DNA of 64,000 nt from Planctomycetota bacterium (GTDB lineage: Bacteria; Planctomycetota; PLA2; JAEUHO01), in NCBI GenBank assembly GCA_965222115.1, contig CBDCTJ010000001.1:320001-384000 (forward strand), given 5' to 3'. The translations under genes and the position numbers were made by a program. The notes under the pieces are model-generated. The model worked only from the letters and a program-made list of their open reading frames with translations. It was not told the origin of the DNA and made no database searches. Positions within the stretch are counted from its first letter, which is position 1; each line of letters starts with the position of its first letter. Of the stretch, positions 62,517 through 64,000 are shown piece after piece.

Positions 62517-62536
62517 GGTGCCGGGAGCGAATTGCG
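62517..62536. repeat. Third copy of the GTGCCGGGAGCGAAT motif
   Basis: GGTGCCGGGAGCGAATTGCG, intergenic, same orientation as the pair at 52.2 kb. Confidence 0.7.
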
Positions 62537-62597
62537 CCTCGAATGTTCATCGAGCGCAACGCGGCGCATTCGATCGCACGACGAACTCGCGGTTTGT

Positions 62598-63809
62598 CTA
62601 CGCAGGCAGATGCAGCAGAAAATCGAGCAGTTCGTGGGCGCGATCGACGTGAAATCCGGCATCGCGCGCGGCGACTTCAGTAAATGCGCCGCGCTCATGA
62701 CGTCCGCGGCTGGCGCCAAGCACCGCAAAGGGCACGGGGTCATCGAGTGGGCGTCCGGTTTCCGTGCTCACCGCGGGGCCACCAATCACCACCAGGCGCG
62801 CATTGAGGTCGCCCGATTCGATGGCACGCATTATGGTGCCAACCACATAGCCGTCGAGTCGTTCAAGTGCATTGACCTTAGAAACAAATTCACGCGCGTG
62901 CGACGCCGCGGCCAATGCCCCGATGTGTACGAAGACAACGTCCGCACCATCCGAATCAGCACCGTCCAATGCGGCAAATGCCGCGTCGGTCTTCGCACGC
63001 AGATTGGTGGATCCATCTCCAGTGGCACCTTCAGGTACGGTTACACCGGCGCCTTGAAGCTGAGCCGCACCCCGAAGTGCTGCATCTACCGCGACCACAT
63101 GGGCATCAATACCCATACGCGCATGAAACGACGGCAGTGGCATCACAATACCCGGGCACCAAGGCCATACTTGCGTTGCGGGGTTTTCGCCCAGGTCGCG
63201 ACGCAATCGGTTGACTTCGTGATCGGCGAAGACGTCGCGACTCCGTTCCATCACGGCAATCAATCGACTGGTGCCGGTACCGCGTGGCAGCGCGTCGCTC
63301 ATGGGACGATCAATCACATCAAACGGGGACACGGTATCGACGCGCACATCGCGGGCACCGCGCCAGACCAATACGTTTTGACCTCCGTCTCCTGCGTGAA
63401 ACTCAAAGACATCGTCGCCAAAATCACCTGCGAGCGCTTCAAGAAGTTGCGCAGCTTCCTCGCGACGAATGCCACCCGCCCGTGGATCATAGAGCGTGTG
63501 ATCGTCGGCGGTTACGAGGCTCAGCCGAAAGGCTTGATCCAAACTGCCCACCGTGACGCCTAGCGTAGCGGCATCGAGCACGGCGCCAATCTCGTGATAT
63601 TCACGCGGGTCAAGTCCAAACAGCGAGAGTGCGAAGGCTCCTTCTTCGGCGGCGAGTCCCTTGGATGCAGGCGTGACGCGTCCCAAGCGACCGCGACGCG
63701 CGAGCGTATCGAGGTGGGGCGTGGTCGCCGCCTCGAGCGGTGTGCGACCGCCGAGATCTTCCATGGGCCGATCCGCTGCCCCGGCCGCAATTACTACAAT
63801 CGTCTTCAC
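62598..63809 (-). CDS. ApgM-like (cofactor-independent phosphoglycerate mutase fold) protein with a degenerate active site
   Basis: LGGRTPLEAATTPHLDTLARRG, AFRLSLVT, DHEVNRLRRDLGENPATQVWPW and DPVPF are ApgM-family segments, but most metal ligands are substituted. Confidence 0.85.
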   Translation of the reverse strand: MKTIVVIAAGAADRPMEDLGGRTPLEAATTPHLDTLARRGRLGRVTPASKGLAAEEGAFALSLFGLDPREYHEIGAVLDAATLGVTVGSLDQAFRLSLVTADDHTLYDPRAGGIRREEAAQLLEALAGDFGDDVFEFHAGDGGQNVLVWRGARDVRVDTVSPFDVIDRPMSDALPRGTGTSRLIAVMERSRDVFADHEVNRLRRDLGENPATQVWPWCPGIVMPLPSFHARMGIDAHVVAVDAALRGAAQLQGAGVTVPEGATGDGSTNLRAKTDAAFAALDGADSDGADVVFVHIGALAAASHAREFVSKVNALERLDGYVVGTIMRAIESGDLNARLVVIGGPAVSTETGRPLDDPVPFAVLGASRGRHERGAFTEVAARDAGFHVDRAHELLDFLLHLPA

Positions 63810-63841
63810 GCGCTACTCACCTTGGCCTTCCGGTAGGACGG

Positions 63842-64000
63842 CTACGAGTCCTTTGCATCCGCATCCGCTCGCGCGTCGGATCGGTCTTCGCCCGGAAGGT
63901 AGGGCCAGAGGAAGGGCTTGCCTTCCACCGCATGCCGTTCAACGCGTGCGACCGACGTTTGAAGAAAGAGCTCCATCACCGCGCCCGTTTTGCCCTCGTG
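63842..64000 (-). CDS. 3' end of an upstream gene (partial)
   Basis: The only open minus frame reads HEGKTGAVMELFLQTSVARVERHAVEGKPFLWPYLPGEDRS...KDS*. There is a weak, unreliable resemblance to the ACT tail of homoserine dehydrogenase. Confidence 0.5.
   Translation of the reverse strand, partial: HEGKTGAVMELFLQTSVARVERHAVEGKPFLWPYLPGEDRSDARADADAKDS

Noticed and set aside
60161-63563. Long antisense ORFs (60161..61282, 62532..63563 and similar elsewhere)
   Set aside because: Shadows of well-supported genes in GC-rich DNA, with no recognisable motifs.

Overview
GC-rich (roughly 60%) bacterial chromosome segment, most consistent with a Planctomycetota genome: many ECF sigma factors, an ECF/Ser-Thr kinase pair, ECF-TM-beta-sandwich fusions, a stand-alone secretin domain, and HEAT, FHA-CAP and FGE-domain proteins. 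It holds about 47 protein genes and one tRNA-Thr(CGT). I found no CRISPR array, transposase or integrase. The left 49 kb is mostly signalling and accessory genes (five ECF sigmas) plus uup, ppk2 and a Yej/Opp-type ABC transporter; the right end carries acpS, an SSS symporter, nagZ and an ApgM-like gene. Best leads: (1) an ECF sigma with a membrane anti-sigma, divergent from two tandem signal-peptide-bearing TPR-CHAT (caspase-like) proteases, a candidate protease-triggered trans-envelope signalling system; (2) a hidden 669-aa SelN-like selenoprotein split by an in-frame UGA followed by a SECIS-like hairpin; (3) a GGA-rich, CsrB/RsmY-like intergenic element; (4) TAnnnT boxes 5-7 nt before many start codons, suggesting leaderless transcription; (5) an ApgM homologue that has lost most catalytic residues; (6) a eukaryote-type N6-adenineMlase-family methyltransferase. 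Three genes carry five small indels that look like long-read errors. All family calls come from recognising motifs by eye; no searches were run.
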